From Phoronis australis (Eukaryota; Animalia; Phoronida): 64,000 nt of DNA. Under the pieces are notes generated by a model. The model saw nothing but the letters and a program-made list of their open reading frames with translations. It had not been told where the DNA came from and did not search any database. This document shows, piece by piece, positions 13,801 to 29,134 of the stretch. The stretch's first letter is position 1. The number at the start of each line of letters is the position of its first letter. The stretch is from the NCBI GenBank assembly GCA_002633005.1, contig NMRA01000002.1, positions 1,953,023 through 2,017,022 on the forward strand, written 5' to 3'. The translations under genes and the position numbers were made by a program.

Positions 13801-16800
13801 CCGCCGGCGTTTGCATAGTTGAACTCAACTTGTGATGCAATGGAACCCGAACAGGTTATTAATTGCGGTACGATCAGCCAGCAATTTATTTTTCTGTCCA
13901 ATTGTCTGTTTGTCTTTATTTGCTGTCTCTAGACATGGCAGACGACAATCCGGTTGCAAAGTTAAACTCTGCTTTTAAAATCTCGTCATCGCGATAGTTT
14001 AAAGACAGTCACAAAACAAGTGGACTTTCATCTGCGCCTGTATGTTGAAAGATCTTACACATGATGTCCGCTTCTCACATTGACTCACTGGATTCGACTC
14101 ACTGAGGAGACTGGGAAAGCCCTATCACGTAGTACTTAGTCTCCACACGGTGACCGCAAATGTAATCTATTAGGTGTAACATGCAAACAAAAACACAAGA
14201 AATTACTCGACTTGTGACTTGTGTACTCTGATTATCAGCAGACCATGAGAGACTACAGTTCGGAGGAAGAATGTCACCGAGCAATTTACATTTGACGCGA
14301 AGGTGATATTTTGGGAAATTGCACAGTCTCATTTTCACGCACTCGTTTCTAAACTATTGTGTATATCGTACACGTATAAATAACAATAATAAAACGCTAT
14401 GAGTCGTGTAAGGAAGATGTTAGTAGTTATATGGGCGGCGACAGCGTCGGAGGCTGCGGCGATGACGCCGACGATGACGACAATACTTTTCAAGAATTTC
14501 CATTTCCAACGTGTTAATTTACAAAAAAAAAAATGAATAATAAGATTGGTGTCGTTGGTGTGAAATCATCAATGTAATAAATCGCCTCTAATTATTGTCA
14601 GCTTTGTGCATTGTCCGCTTTGAAGAGTGTTTCATGCTGTTCACTTTATTTCGTTTCACCAGTGCAATCACAAATCAAATTAAATAAAATATACTGCAGA
14701 TAAACGGAATGCACAGAAGATAAATAGGTATCTAATATAAAGTTTGATTTTGAATTAAAATTGATCGGCAAAATCATACGCATGCATAACAGTTCTTTTG
14801 AAAATCAATATAGTGTTGAGAGTAACTGCAATGGGTTTAAAACAACTAATTTTCGGGTCAAGATCCTCATTTGACATAACGAGTAAAATGAACGCAGAAA
14901 GGTGCATTAAGCACCCCTTTGCAGTTTCCTAAGAGACCTGGTTAAATGGAAACGTCTTGACAGTAATTTATAAATGTATCTCTTGCCTTTTCAGACTAAA
15001 TAACATTATCAGTGTTAAAGTGTGTGGGTTTTGTATATCATATTGGTTAACCTCTTGACGAGGAAATGGTAGATAATGTTCCTGGTTCGTAACCACTGTC
15101 TAATCTTCTCTGTCGGTTATAGTTATAAAGGTCTATCTTCCCCTAACAGAGAATTCGTTGCCATTATAGCATCGCAAGGTGATAACGCGCGTTTTTTCTC
15201 AGTGGGATGACAACTGATAAATTCATTTTCAACATCATCCATCCACGCAGCTGCGGCTGCACTGTACATACAGGGTGTCCCAAAATTATTAACGAAATTA
15301 CGCGAAAATATGAGTACCAGCATATGTTTTTTGCTGGAAACTAATGGTGTTTTTCTTAATCAGAGAGTACAAAAATGTATTTTGCATTGAGTAGAAGTTG
15401 AGATATTGTGACTCCTATTGCAGTGAGTACATTTTTTCAATTTTGGCACGAAATCCAACCAGTTGGTCAGTTCCAGGACGAAGATGGGGAAAGTTTCAGG
15501 AAAAGTTGATGCAGGGTGGAGAACAATTAAAAATACTGTTTCTGGTGTGTCGACCACACACCCATAAAGCCATTTGTCTTGGATCGAGTGTAGTGAAGGA
15601 CTCCATAGGGTGTAAACCTATTTGCTAGTATTCCAGTATTATATGTAAGTTCTGTTCCTTCAGTAAGCCATATAAGCGTTAGACCATATCGCTGTCTTAT
15701 TACGTACAGTAAACAACAGTGTCTATGTTTTTTGCAGTGAATATTGGTTTCGAATTGAACATTGAACGCAATAGTCGGATGGGAAGTGCTTATTCTGTGG
15801 ACCATACAAAGAATACAAGAGAGTCTGAACCTATGCAAAGTATAAAAAACCCACCCCTTGTTTTCCTGCAGTTAGGGTAAACTGTGGCATTTTCCTTAAT
15901 TTTTGTGCTTTGGAAAAATTTTTTCAAGTTCCTGGACTGTGAAAACACGATTAATTCCCAGTAACACCGTTTTCTAAAGCATCCATCGACGCAAGGCCCA
16001 CCATTATAAACCAATTTTTTCCAAAATGACTTCACTTGTCTGAAAAGACAAGTGAAGTCATTTTAGACCTGGCAATTACTGTTTTCAATGGAAATTCACA
16101 CCTTGTTGAATCAATTTTCTGCTACTACCGAATGTTCATTTATCATTGTGAACCGCAAACGAGACTCTACACTTTAACTCTGAACAAATATTGTTATGCT
16201 GTGCTAAATTGATCGTAGTCAAAATCTGTCATCGCTGAAAAGTGTTACATTTTCTAGTAACTTTTGATTTAGACTGAGTGACAACTCAGTCATTGGTTTA
16301 TAGATTTCTAGCCGCGAGAAATGTCCTGAATTCTTAAACATGACCGCAAAAACATCAACAAATCCTTGTTGAGCAATTCGTAAATGATCACGGACTGTTA
16401 AAAGCTGTCCATTTACAAAGCGATCAAGTTTGGCGCCAATTGCGACCGCTTCTGGTAAACTATCAGCGGAGGTTTGTGTTTTCGGTGTTTTACTTCGCAT
16501 GATATTTTTGTGTTGAATGCAGACACATCTTTCAGTCAGGTACATACAAAAGTCATTCTCAATATGTAAACGTACGCGTTCTATAGGACACCAATCACCA
16601 AAAACGGAGGAATTTGTGTTTGAAAAAGCAACACTTTCCTGTAACCTGAATTCGTTATATTTGAATCTCTCGTGATTTTACGTTCCACACGCTGGTGAAG
16701 TAAATCAGGTATTCTATAAAGTTAAATATTTGACTAAGTGAGACCAGTCTCGTACAAGACGACGTTTTATACTTTTCCACACGGCAAACAAATATGGCGA

Positions 16801-18339
16801 CCAGATTTAAGATGCTTTGAACCCGAAATAACCGACAGGTCGCTGTTTGATAACAGACTCGTCACGATGGCTTGTCACGGCGTGTCTTCTTATGGACCCA
16901 TAATGGTCTCAAGACATAACGAATTGTCATTTTTTCCTACTCCAGAAAGAAACCACTTTCCGTTTGAGAGGTGGTGCTGGTTTTATACCAGTAGTTTCTT
17001 TTGTTTGTCGATACGCGGGTTCATGGTAGCTTTAATGAAGCGCGTGTTTGATTGAGATCCCACTAATAAGCTTAACTAACAGTTATTGTAGAAACTGGAA
17101 CAATAATTGGAATACGATATGACGCCGGGCAGAAATAAAAAGAAAATCGTCCCGAAATTGACGTTTACTCAAATCTCGTTCGCAATTTTTCTTTAAAAAA
17201 TTTTGGTCGTCGTTTGATATTCAAATACAAAGTGACTATTTTTCAATGAGATGGAGATAGCTGAGATATTCGTCGACTTACGTAAAGTCTTTAACATCTA
17301 AATTAAAACGTGTTCAGTGTGTGTCTAAGGCAGAGAATTCATTTTGACTTTCACAGCCAGTTCTAATAGTTCCGGAAAAGACGGAAATGAAATGGCGCAT
17401 TTACCTACTGGTGCCCAAAGTGTAATTTGAGAATTTTGTCTTGTCTACGTGGTGTGCTCTATCAGTAAAACTCATGGAAAATTACATTATTAATATACGA
17501 AACTCCGTGCAGTGGGGGGTGCCAATATTGCTTGCAAAGAATTGCAACTAAAAGTCTTCAAACAATGTTATCAGCCAATCTGCTCTCCGACCAAGTTTCT
17601 ATCACCACATGCACGTGGGGGTATGATACCCTAATCAAAGATACTCCTACAAGCTTGTACAAATATCGTTGGCTGCACTAAATCACTGGGCCGGAATTTG
17701 CGCGAAACGTATAGAAATTCGCGTTTGACCTCGTCTAATCATTTCACACACCGAACTTGGTAAACAAGGAAGTTGGCAATTTCATTTTATTGATGACATA
17801 ACATGAACATTCATAGCTAAACCATAATATTGACAGCTTCACACTCGATTGTCTCTGCGTACTACAGAAAATCCTGTTTACTTTTGATGTTTTCCACTCG
17901 CGGTTTCAATAATTCAATCATATTTACGTGATTCTTTGCATAATATTAATTTTGATCCTTCAAGTATTTTGGGATCCACCCCTATGGTCTCAGCGCCCAG
18001 CTCAAAATAAGTCATTATAAGTCATTGCGGTGGTGTAAGATTCACGAACAAAACAACCACAATAGGGCTGTTCCGGATTACACGCTGAGTTCGTCTTTGT
18101 CCCGGAGGTAAGAAAGCGCGTGCCTTTAAAGCGTAATCGCGCGATAATTAAACCTGTAATATCCACTCAGAAATAATTAAATATTTATGAAACAAATGTT
18201 CAATAAACCGCTTCCCTCGTTTTCCGAGATATGCGGACTAATTTGTAGGTAAGGGACACGTTATAAGAAACCAACTAAAGTTCAATTTTGAATTAAGATT
18301 TGTTTCAACCTCCAAACTTTAAAACTTCCACATCTGGCA

Positions 18340-18500
18340 AGTTAAGTCAAATTTAAGACATAACTTAAGTCAAAAACTTAAGTCGAACTTAAGACCATTT
18401 ACATGGAACGGATTTCAGACAAATTTAAGTTTTCTCTTAACTAAAGTGACTTAAGTTTAACATTTTTTCGTAGCTAAGTCAGTTTTCTTGGAACGGGTCC
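18340..18500. repeat. Degenerate MITE-like fragment with ACTTAAG subrepeats
   Basis: Several (AC)TTAAG(T/A)C units in both orientations, ending in GGAACGGGTCC. Confidence 0.4.
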
Positions 18501-21500
18501 AAGAACTCCGATACCGATATTCCACCGCCTGAAACCCGCCCCCGCACACTATCATTCACGTACGAATATAAACATAACGGGGTTATTATCGATTCCAGTG
18601 TGCCTTACACACTTTTGCTATGTACTGCTTATTGACTTACATTAAACAAAATCATTAAAAAGCGAGTAAACATGTCGAAAACGATTTTTACGTTATGACG
18701 GCGCAATGCTCCTGTATAGACATTGACTCATTTTTATTTTCACTTGTGTTTAGCATGAGAATAGTTTTATAAAAAGTGTCGTTTTATTGATCTTTCTACT
18801 TTTGTGAATATGTAAAATTAATTTAGTCTTTTAAAAACTGTTGAGGATTATTTGTTATCTGTCTGATGAACTTTTCAGCAGAGAATTAACAAAAGTCACA
18901 AAACACCTATAACCGCAAAACTGGACGCTTTCAAATTTATGCACTCAACGTTATCGCCGTTAGTTTTTTAAGCCTGCCAGTCACTGTATTTTTGATCGCT
19001 TTTCATTAATTAACTAATTAGTTCCATGTGTTTGTGTCAACGCAGTTCTTCGAAATTTGTCCGGCCATGTCAGGCCAATTGGTGCCAAACTAACGTGCCA
19101 GTAAAACTATGAAAATTACTGTAATTACTGATGACACAAAGAATGATAATTTGAGGTATCATTTAGGCAACTGTTTATTATAGTTAAACAAAGACTTGGA
19201 AAATGTACGAGTAATAATAAGATGATTGTGTGTGCTTGTTTCGTTGATGCTGCTTGTGTCGTACACTTTTATGTAAACACTATCTCAGAATAATGTCAGT
19301 TCTATGCCTGATGATGATACTCAGAAACTTCGAAACGTCGATATGAAGCACGGAGTCTTGTTTTTGCTATTTGACGTTTTATTGATACAAAATTATAACT
19401 GAAATACGACAATCTTTGGTGTTTTCAAACTTCAGCTACAGAGCTTGGTCAACAAAATCATTCATGTTTCATGTAACAATACAATTAAAAACTGTTTTCT
19501 TCTTTGTGAACACTGTTCAAGAATGCGGATTATTTTGTACTTTTCCAAGAACGGAAATTCCGTTCGTAAATGGATGAGACAAGTTATGAACGCACGTGTA
19601 AGGTGACCCAGCCGTTGGACACTTCGGAACCGAAGTCGCCAGAAAAGCAAACCGTCTGAGTTCTGATGAACTAAATCAACAAATAGAAATGACACAAAGT
19701 CTAACGAAACTGTTCAAAATGCGTTAAATTCACATCTATGCTTGGACATAGCAGCTAGACGGCGACTCTGCTTGGAAAAGAAAACAGGAATTTCGGTGAC
19801 TAAGCGACGTCCGAGCGGGTCGCGGACAAAACAATTAGTAATCCGAATAACGAGAACTTAAGGACACTCTTTCATGTGAAGTTGTAAACAATTGACACAC
19901 ATGAGATCTAATAGGTTGATAAAGGGAATTTATATTTGGAGAGAAGAAATAACCCAGGGCACCAGACGGAAGCGAGTGTCCCATCTGCAACACATTTTAC
20001 AAGTAGCGAATGAATCACATACAGGGTGTACCTGAACTGTAGGGCAATGTACCCCTTAGTTTTAGAACGGTTTCTCACCTCTAACTACATTACAATTATT
20101 AATTTTAATTTCTAAATTCATTAACTGTATCCAGTGATTGTTATGATACCGTTATTATATTATTGTGTTTCATTACTGTTTTTATTTTGATACTGACAAC
20201 ATTTTACTGTAGTTTTGATGAATTGTTCTTTGATTTGCGAAAGCAAACGTTTGTTGATGAAAACTGTGTTCAGTTGAGTTATACGTGTTTCGGGCAGGAT
20301 AGGCTGAAATTTGTGTAGTTTCTGTGAAGCCTGGGTCGTTAAAAATTAAGAGTTTATGTGTCTCTGTTTAACGGACCAAGTCGACCTTGAAATCCTTGGT
20401 TAAGACGGGATGTCAAAACAGTAAACTAACATTAACTGATGTGCTAACATAGGGAAATCCTGACATCATGTTTTATTTCAGAGGCGCTCAAATGTGACCA
20501 CGGGCCGTCAACAGTTTCTAAACATCATGAGCAACTCTCTCAACATCAAACACTTCCAAACACTCATTATCACTTTGTTAACTAAGCGTGTCCACTCCAG
20601 TGATATGATAGAGACGTCGGCATGCTCCGACTTTACACTATTTCTAATTGCAAGGTTCAAGAAATCTTCACGTGCTTCACGTGCACATGCAGGTTGTCTG
20701 ACAAGATATTTTTGGCGGGAGATTGTTTAAGGGGGCGAGGCTTTCCGTTCCAGAATCCTCTGCAAACGTTGGTTGGCACGGCGCCCATGAAATCAAGTGA
20801 TTTTGACTCCCTTCAACCAGACTTGCAAATATAACAGTTTATTTTTGACACGCCCCAGGGCACAGGAATCAATGCTACGATTCATAAACTTAGAAGGTTT
20901 GTTGTGAATACCGTCAGCAGAGGAACATCACCTGCACAGAACCTTATAACAATTGTGGCTGGAAATTATATTTTTCGGTTCATTCAAAACATCTTTTCTG
21001 TCAGACGAGAAGATTAAATTCGTGTGTTAGTGTTTACCTTCTACTTCACGTAATAGATAGAATATTTTTACAGGGCACTTGTTTTAACAATCGCCAAAAT
21101 AACAATCAGGTTAGTTTACAAGAAGAAGCAATAATTTCTCGGAAGATGCAATATTAGAAACACCCTGAGTGGCTCCATTATCCTGCAGGCCAATTTAGCA
21201 TGCGAAGAAGGCGTAAAAATGTTTGCATTCGCCGCAAGACTACATGTTGTTGTCATTTCCCAAAGGTAGGTCGTAAGTTGTAAAAACATATCTCGTTGTT
21301 CAGACTATTTCTTTGAAATAACAGAAACGTTTTAAAGCGGGTATATAGCCACCTTCTGTCACAAAAAAAACTTTTTAACGTAGGCTACTTATTGCTATGA
21401 AATTGGTTTCGAATTGTTCCATAGTCAAAACAGGTTTGGATTTCTGGCTCGAAAAGGGTTCGCCATTGCTCTAAACCAGGCACTACAATTTGATTTATCA

Positions 21501-24500
21501 CGGCGGGTCATTTTATACGTCGAGCATGATCTCAAGGATTGGCTTATTAACACAACTCTGCAAGAGTAAAAGTCACTTCTCGTCTGACTTAATGAACAAG
21601 TTGAGGGCGCGTTTATTCGGGTGCTTGGTAATGACGTATTTGTCACTGTTATGACAGGGAATTTGAACCCACAAATAGGAATAAAAACGCACAGCCATTC
21701 CACGTTTTCAAAAGTTTAGTAGGTTGCGGATTTTTTCCGATTCAGGCGGGTAACCAGGGAAATAATTTAGCACTGAAATATTTTTACAAAATTACGTGTT
21801 TGGATTCAGCGGTGGGATCCGACAACGGTTGAACCTATTGTATGGTTTCGGGGAGTTGAGAAGGATTAGCAAGATTGATCGAGTCTATAGCAAGGTAATA
21901 ATTTTTGAAAGCTTAGTAATTTACATCCCTTAGTAAACCTGGGTTTATTATTATTACTATTCTTGTTAATTTTGATGTTTTAGTTTTATTTGGTTGGGTT
22001 CAAAACGTCAAAATGACGTCCAACTAAACGAATAGCGATAAGTAGTCTAAGTAAACGTTTATTAATCTTTTCCTCCGAACGGGAGCTAACGCGCTTAAAA
22101 TATCAAATTCCAAGTAGTCATAACGACACTGGCCATGCATTATATAACATAATATATAACAGTTATTCATTATCAAAAAAAACTATGGCAACGTAGTGAA
22201 TAATGTGGCAGCAAGGGTAGTCCGTCAATTTCAGGACCTTGGAATTCTGATATATTGAAACCCCAAAAAATTCCTTAAGCGAGCAGTGCAATATAGATCG
22301 AGAAAGTTACAGTTCACATTTCTTTATAGATTTGGCAAAATATAAAGTTTTGTCCCATGAAATCACGTATTTCCCATTTTGCGAGAAACACAAGCATGGC
22401 AGCAGGGGTATGTTGCCTGTGCGTATTTAGACCCTGTTCTTCCACGTGCGTTGTTCTAGTTTGGAAAGATTATGAAAGTCTGGACCAACTTGATATATTT
22501 TGCCTGACACTGCCGCACACATAGTCACACGAGTTTGCCTCGGTAATGGAGTGGTGAACTGCAGTGATGGCCATTTTGCGAAGGTCCTGTTCTGCAACAC
22601 GGAGTTTCAAAAGCTCAGCTGAGCTATCATCGGCCAAAAGTGAATAGCAGGCAAAATGTCTATTCATGCACCTAAATAAAGCATCCAGATTATTCTGGTG
22701 TCGATTCAAGCACAAGGATCCGGACGGGACTTTAAGTTTGTTCATTCTGTTTATGTTTCGTACGGTAATGAATAATACCAAGAACCAATTTCTTAACTAA
22801 CATTACAGTGAGTTGCACAGGATTTCGTTCGTGTAGGCACTTGTGTTTGGGAAATAGTGCGGTTTCTTGCACTGGATATTTGCTAATAAAATTGCCGGAA
22901 TATAATGCGGGTATTCACTTTTCAATGGGTAGTCGTAAATTTGTAATGCATTCTTGCGGACTCTGTTTTGCGTCATTGTTCGTCCAAGCGAAAGTTTTCG
23001 TTGTGAGTAAGAAGAAACGGAACTTCCTGGTTTCGAAGATAGTAACTTGTTTCGGTTTGAAAGGAATCAACCACACGTGTTTATGTTTGTATTTGACACT
23101 TAAAGTGCCCATGTCAATATGTGCAGTGAAATAAGTGAACTACAGTAATATTTCGCATGTCATTCTTTTTAAGAGCAATAGCGGGACAAGACGATAGTGC
23201 AAAGAAAAATTTCGTTACGTTCCTTCCTTTCAAATTTCAGTTAATCCTTCATAAGATCGGGGAGTTCTTACAGGCGCTGGTCAAACTTGAACTCGATAAT
23301 TATGACAAGTTTAAAACTTTGGATTTAAACTCAAAAGCTGACAAGACAGATAATAAATTGAAAATCTCAGTGCTCATAAGCAATCGCCTGCACGTGCGCA
23401 GTGGAATGGTGAAACAGCTTCCCAAGCCCGATGATTTTGCACTCAGTGTTACGCAATTTGCTGACGTCATTGTTCTAGCACGAATCGCAGTAAACGAGCG
23501 TGCTTCAAAGAGTGTTAATTTGACAATTATCTCAACTTCAGGTGAAAAGCTGATTAAAGCGCGTCTAAATCACCTGGCTGATTTTACATTCCTTAGACAA
23601 CTATTGCAAACTCGCGACTGACCTGATTAGGAAAATAGATGTAAGAGCGTGGTTAAGCGGATTGCAACTTATTCGCCAAAATAGAATCCGTTATTGTTTT
23701 AATTGGATGGGCTTTCAACGGTAATGGACTTTGGGTGAAGAGGAATTATCAAAATAATCAGAACATTAGCGCAATTGCACAATTTCTACTCCGATTTGCC
23801 GAGAGCCGATTTCGGATACAAATGCGGTCATCGTAGACACGCCGTATTAATTAAACGCGACTCGTTAATTAGGACTGGCTTTGTGTACATGTATTTTCAC
23901 ATCGTACTTTTCGTGTTCGTGTGTCAATCCAACAGTGATTAGTGCCTAACCAAACTAATCGACCTCGGCGAATGCGCGCCGACGACTCGTGGTCGGCGCG
24001 CTTCGGTCTGACACCTCGTTATAACGTCACACGGCGGTGATCTTTCAACTTACAGAAACTGCACTAAAATAATCCTATTGCGCAATGACTGGTTAAAGAG
24101 AATTTCTATTTTGAGACTACGGTTTGAGGTGATTTTTCGGGTACGAGCCCGGAGATAGTGGGTAGACACCTAATATTGTTGCGTAAATGTCTGCGAGTTC
24201 CTTGGGCTTCATTTGCAAATTGCATGACTTCGTCTGGAAACTCCCCGAAAATATAAAGCGTACACGTACTTGATCTTGTAAAACGCAGTTTGTTGCAGTA
24301 CAACGTCAATTTTGCAGTTGGGCAAAATCAGACATTAATTCAAGATTGCACAAGCTGCGAGCAGGCTCTCAAGCCAGGACCGGTTTCCGTTTCCTACGGT
24401 GCAAAGTCCAAAATAATCGAAAATCTGCAAATTTGAGACAAGTGCAACCAAACAAAAAGACAAGTAATAAATGAACGTAAACGATACGTCAATTAGCACA

Positions 24501-26209
24501 CGACATGTCTTTGATCTTGTTCAACTCCGCGGGACTTAACTGATTTTTGGGTTAAAGCAATTCGTTTCACTCCAGCAACTATGTAGGGCACTGAAGCAGC
24601 GACTGACGGAGAGCGGTGGTACCGAGCATAGGTGTTGAAATGTGTATAAATATAAGCGTATCTACACGAGACAACGACAGACTGGGTAGCGTGGAGATGT
24701 CCCGACCTTGTACCGACCACGTTAGTGAAAATCATTTTCCAAACACGACTTGGGTAATTTTCTCCACAGGTATCATGTCCTGAGCTCAGAACAAGTAGCA
24801 GACAATACTGCTCTTATGTTCTATAAAAAAGCAAAAATATTATTCTTATGACTGAATTTAATGCAAACCTGAATGAGCGTCTGCCTAGAACAGCATTCGC
24901 ACTACAAGGAAGGCGCTCATCAAGAGAATACGCGATGTGTTTATTTCGGTTCACGTCTGGTCTTAATTAGCAGCGGGCTGACGCCTGTAATGGATTTCAC
25001 CTGTAGTATTACACGTTTGAAAACTATCAATGTTTGCCCTAGACAAGATTGCAGGCGCTAGCTACATAATAATATGTAATTCTAAGGGCACTAACCGCGC
25101 CGCGCCTGTAAAAAGCGACAGGGAAAGACGGGAACACGCAAGAGTCCCGAGTTGTAAAGTACTAGTTCATTCTAGGCAACGAAGGTAATTTTATCACAAG
25201 TTACGAGAACCCTTTTGTGCGTAAGGTTGTCCAACGCAGCCTGCACATCAAATCAAGAATCCAGAGTCAACATGCAAAATACAGAGATCTATCAGAGGCG
25301 GCTTTCTGCAATATTGACCACCGTCTTCCAAACGACCATGTTTGCCCGCTACAACAAAATAACGGTCAGTTCAAGAGATTTCTACTCCCTTCAGCCGAGT
25401 TGGAATAATCTCCGGGGAAAAGGCATCATTTTCTCACTACACCATCAAAAACAAAATAACATCTCTAAGCTACAAGTTTGAGGCTGTCGGTATATTACTT
25501 TTTCATTTTAGTTCTTCGCCTTTTCACTTAAATGTCCACTTTCACGCGAAAAGATGAAATATTCGATTAATTGAGTTTGACTGTAAAGTTGGTGAAGGTA
25601 TTTGGCAAAATAATAAAAACTATTTTTTTAAGTATACCAAGTTACAGTTTGAAGTGCAAAACTGTTCAGAAAACCTGTCGATTAAAAAATATCAGAATAA
25701 AACGTAGGATCCAAAATATCCTTTTTTAAACCCCAAACAAATCCTGTCCGATGTTGAAAGTGAACTTACGACCCAGCAAATTAAAACCCGCTTCCAACAA
25801 ATGAGTTAAGAAAACACAGAAACCTACATTAATTTGATGCGAATGTCCCAAGTGAGGATAGACTAATAGACATAATAGCTTTATTCTAACGATTATCCCC
25901 TAACAATAATAAGTTAATTAGTCCAGCGTGTAACAACAAGCTCACAAACTAAAGGCTTTGTATTGCCAGTGTATTTTTAGATGTCCCCAGCAATTGTACA
26001 AATCGCCAGGGCGTGGTAACGAATCAGTTGTCAAAATGCTTTCAGGGATTGAATTTCTTCTCCCTGTCACACACGGCATTGTGCTTTAGTCCCAACGTTT
26101 TAGCCGAGAAGCACCAGGAGGTCTCTCCAAGTCATAAAAGTCAGGATGCTACTTTCCACTCACAATTTTAACAAATATACAGTGGACAAACAAAAAAACA
26201 ACACTCATG

Positions 26210-29046
26210 TATGCTAGAGAACATATTTTATTAAATGTTTCAAACGAAACAACAGGTGGTACAATAAAATAAGTGTTCTTTCTAATCTCTGAGAGATATA
26301 ATGGCAAGTTGATTTGAAAAGGTGGGATTTTATGAACACCAAAACAATAACTTCACTCAACAATTACAGGTCTACTAGAGGGTGAAATATTTTGCATAGA
26401 GGAAAAGATTTTACCAACACCTGTAATTAAGTATTTCTTAAACAATTCACAGAAAATAGACATTTAAAACTGAATCAAAATCAAATTGAAACCAAAAATC
26501 CTGAAATACTAAACTTGCCACAACAATTGAACAACAATAAAACTGGTAGAATTAAAATTCAAAAGTTGACAAAACTGATAACACATCACAGTCAAATTAG
26601 TCCAATTGCAAAGTCAGCATCGCAGCCTATTGATTGTGATGTGTCAGTCTCATACACCAGGTGTCGCCACAAAACAGTCTCCCACAATGCCCAGCTCACT
26701 TGCCATGTGAGTCCCAGACAGGCAGGCGACAGAGACAGATTAACACAATATCTCGTTGGTGTCTCTCCTCTATAGTTGGTCAGTCCTTCTCCAAACAAAC
26801 CCCTACACCAGCTAAGACAATAATAAAACACATGTGTTTCCCTGTCTGACCCCAGTGAAAGATATGTTGACCTCCAAATGCCACAAAAGCCCCATGGTAA
26901 GTAGCTGACTAACCCCAGCTTATAGCTTTTCTTTTTTCTTCTTTGTTTTTCATGTAAATAATTAGCTCAAACCAGAAGCACATATTGTATCCCAGAGACA
27001 CGTCTAACACACAATGAATAAAAAGTTAAATCTTGGAACTGGTCTACAGCTAAACTGAAAACTAGCCCAAGCCATATCCTAGAACACACACGCCTGGCAC
27101 GCAAAGAAATATATAGCCATACATGCACTTTCACAATAAACCTTATCCAACTTATGTACAAAAATAATGACCCAAAATTACATTTCATACCGAGCTTACA
27201 ACCACTAAAACAGAAAGTGATAACATTTAGCCAATTATTCTGCCAACTGTCAAAAGGAAATCAATTAATTCAAATATGCATCAGTAGCAACGAAAATAAG
27301 GAACAAAGCTATTACATGGGGACAGCAACACCGTGCCCTTTACCCAACCACGTTCTTGAAACATGACCAGACAGGATCACATATAAAGACAACACAGCAC
27401 ACGCCAAGAGTAAACAGACAAAATACCGTTTCTGCGTCATGGTGATCCTTTCCGCCTTCAGATTTTTTCAAGATTATTCCAGCAGAAAATGACGGGTAAC
27501 GACACGTCACTCCAGCTATGATACCATCCGAGGCTGCCACAACAATCCATTACGTGACAATTCATCAGGAAATATCTTGTCAATGATGCTGCACATTGTA
27601 CTGTCCTTACGTTGGGGATCTTTTTGCCATGGTGAAAACAGTGAAAGGTTTACAATGCTTGATCAGTCAAACTTTTGTTTTTCTGTTAGCACATGTCAAG
27701 TGCACATTGTTTTAACCCCAGGTTTTAAAACAGTGAAAAACAGCGCCTACGTGCCATACATACAATGCAGTTGCAAAATTATCATAATAAAGAATAAGCT
27801 CATTTTCAAAATATACATGCGTGCACAGAATCGTTGTTTGTCTGAAGGTAAGAAGAATGTCCTCTTGAATCTATCTGATAGCAATGCCCATGTAGTTCTG
27901 TCGTTACGGGTGACCTAATTAGGCATGCACGGAGGTCATTCCCTTCGAAAGAGCCGAGTTGTGACCCAATTTTCAAACAGTAAGTGGTCTAAATCAGAAG
28001 TTTAATTTTTTGGACATAATGTGTGTTTAAAGCCACTTTAACTTTCATGTAAACTCGCTATCCTTCCCCGCCACCATGTACAGCTACTTTTGTTTGCTCA
28101 GGGAACAACGGGTCATTTTGTCTGATTACTTTTGGCCTGTACTGTATCATAAGATTACACCACAACCAGTACTTCTGTACCTTGATTGGCTAAAACAGTA
28201 CCGATGACATCTATTATGAGGTGAAGACAATTGACTAGCCATGCAATGTCACTCTTCATGTTGCCCAGACATCAGATGTTGCTATCCAAGATCTGACCAA
28301 TTACAGGCTGTAGTATCGATAAACCCCTGACCAAGTAAACAAAGTCAGCAGACCATATCAGAACACCAAAGCAGGTAAAACATGACAAGAAGCATCAATG
28401 ATCCTATAATAATATAGTTCAATCCCACGGGAGAACTCTTCCTTTATCAAAAAGTCAAACTCTCAGGATTGGTTCATATTTGTTAAATAATTCACTAGGG
28501 TACTTCTCCTCAAGGGGCAATGTTTCACACACAAAAATAGGACTTCTTTCATGTCTCACACTAAGGGAATGAGCAAATTTCACCCCAACATGGCACAGAA
28601 TTTCCAAGACAGACATCAGCTATATGCACTAACCAAAGACAGCAACACCTCAACCCCCGAGATAAAAGTACTACGATACACCAGTACTGAATGGCCCTAC
28701 AGACCAGATAATGGACACATTATTGGTGGTGGACCTCAGTTTACTACCACCAACATTCCAGTTGGAAACCACTTTAGCCAGTGTGTACACTGGTAGACAG
28801 CTAGCCTACTCCAGTAGCTGGTGAATAACAGGCGAAAAATGCAAGCAATCTGCACAAAGTGGCACTGCCATATGGCGTCTCTACAGGTTGCCCGCCGTTA
28901 CACTAACTCAACAGGCCAATAAAACTTTTACCACCCTTCAACTGGATGTCTCATCTACTTCACTATAAACAGATATAAACAAATAAAACCATGTTTTTGC
29001 ACAAAAACAGGGTCACAGTAAGAACCTGGGTGAGGTGAATGACTGT
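26210..29046 (-). other. Long 3' UTR (about 2.8 kb) and poly(A) site of the SRSF7-like gene
   Basis: AATAAA on minus at 26227-26232, followed by a GU/U-rich element (26188-26204). CpG depletion ends at about this point. Confidence 0.5.
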
Positions 29047-29134
29047 CTAGTCACCGTTGTCGTCATCACTGCCCTTGTCTTTCCTCGACGATTTCTTCTC
29101 CGGCTTTTCAGCAGATACTGGAGACTTGTTTGTG
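29047..29134 (-). CDS. SRSF7: SRSF7-like terminal coding exon
   Basis: tttccag|...TNKSPVSAEKPEKKSSRKDKGSDDDNGD* (TAG at 29049-29047). Confidence 0.82.

Noticed and set aside
15269-15285. Tc1/mariner-like end TACAGGGTGTCCCAAAA
   Set aside because: No matching opposite TIR and no transposase remnant that I can recognise.
19308-19339. Hammerhead-like CTGATGA...GAAACGTC (Penelope-type); a weaker one near 36419-36441
   Set aside because: Core nucleotides are present but stems I and II do not pair convincingly; at most a decayed retroelement remnant.
23157-23621. 154-aa ATG-initiated ORF in the intergenic region
   Set aside because: No recognisable domain or supporting gene structure; cannot be distinguished from chance without a search.
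25217-25408. ORF with FCNIDHRLPNDHVC resembling an AN1 zinc-finger C-terminus
   Set aside because: Spacing is C-x3-H rather than C-x2-H, the upstream cysteines are missing, and there is no clear exon structure.
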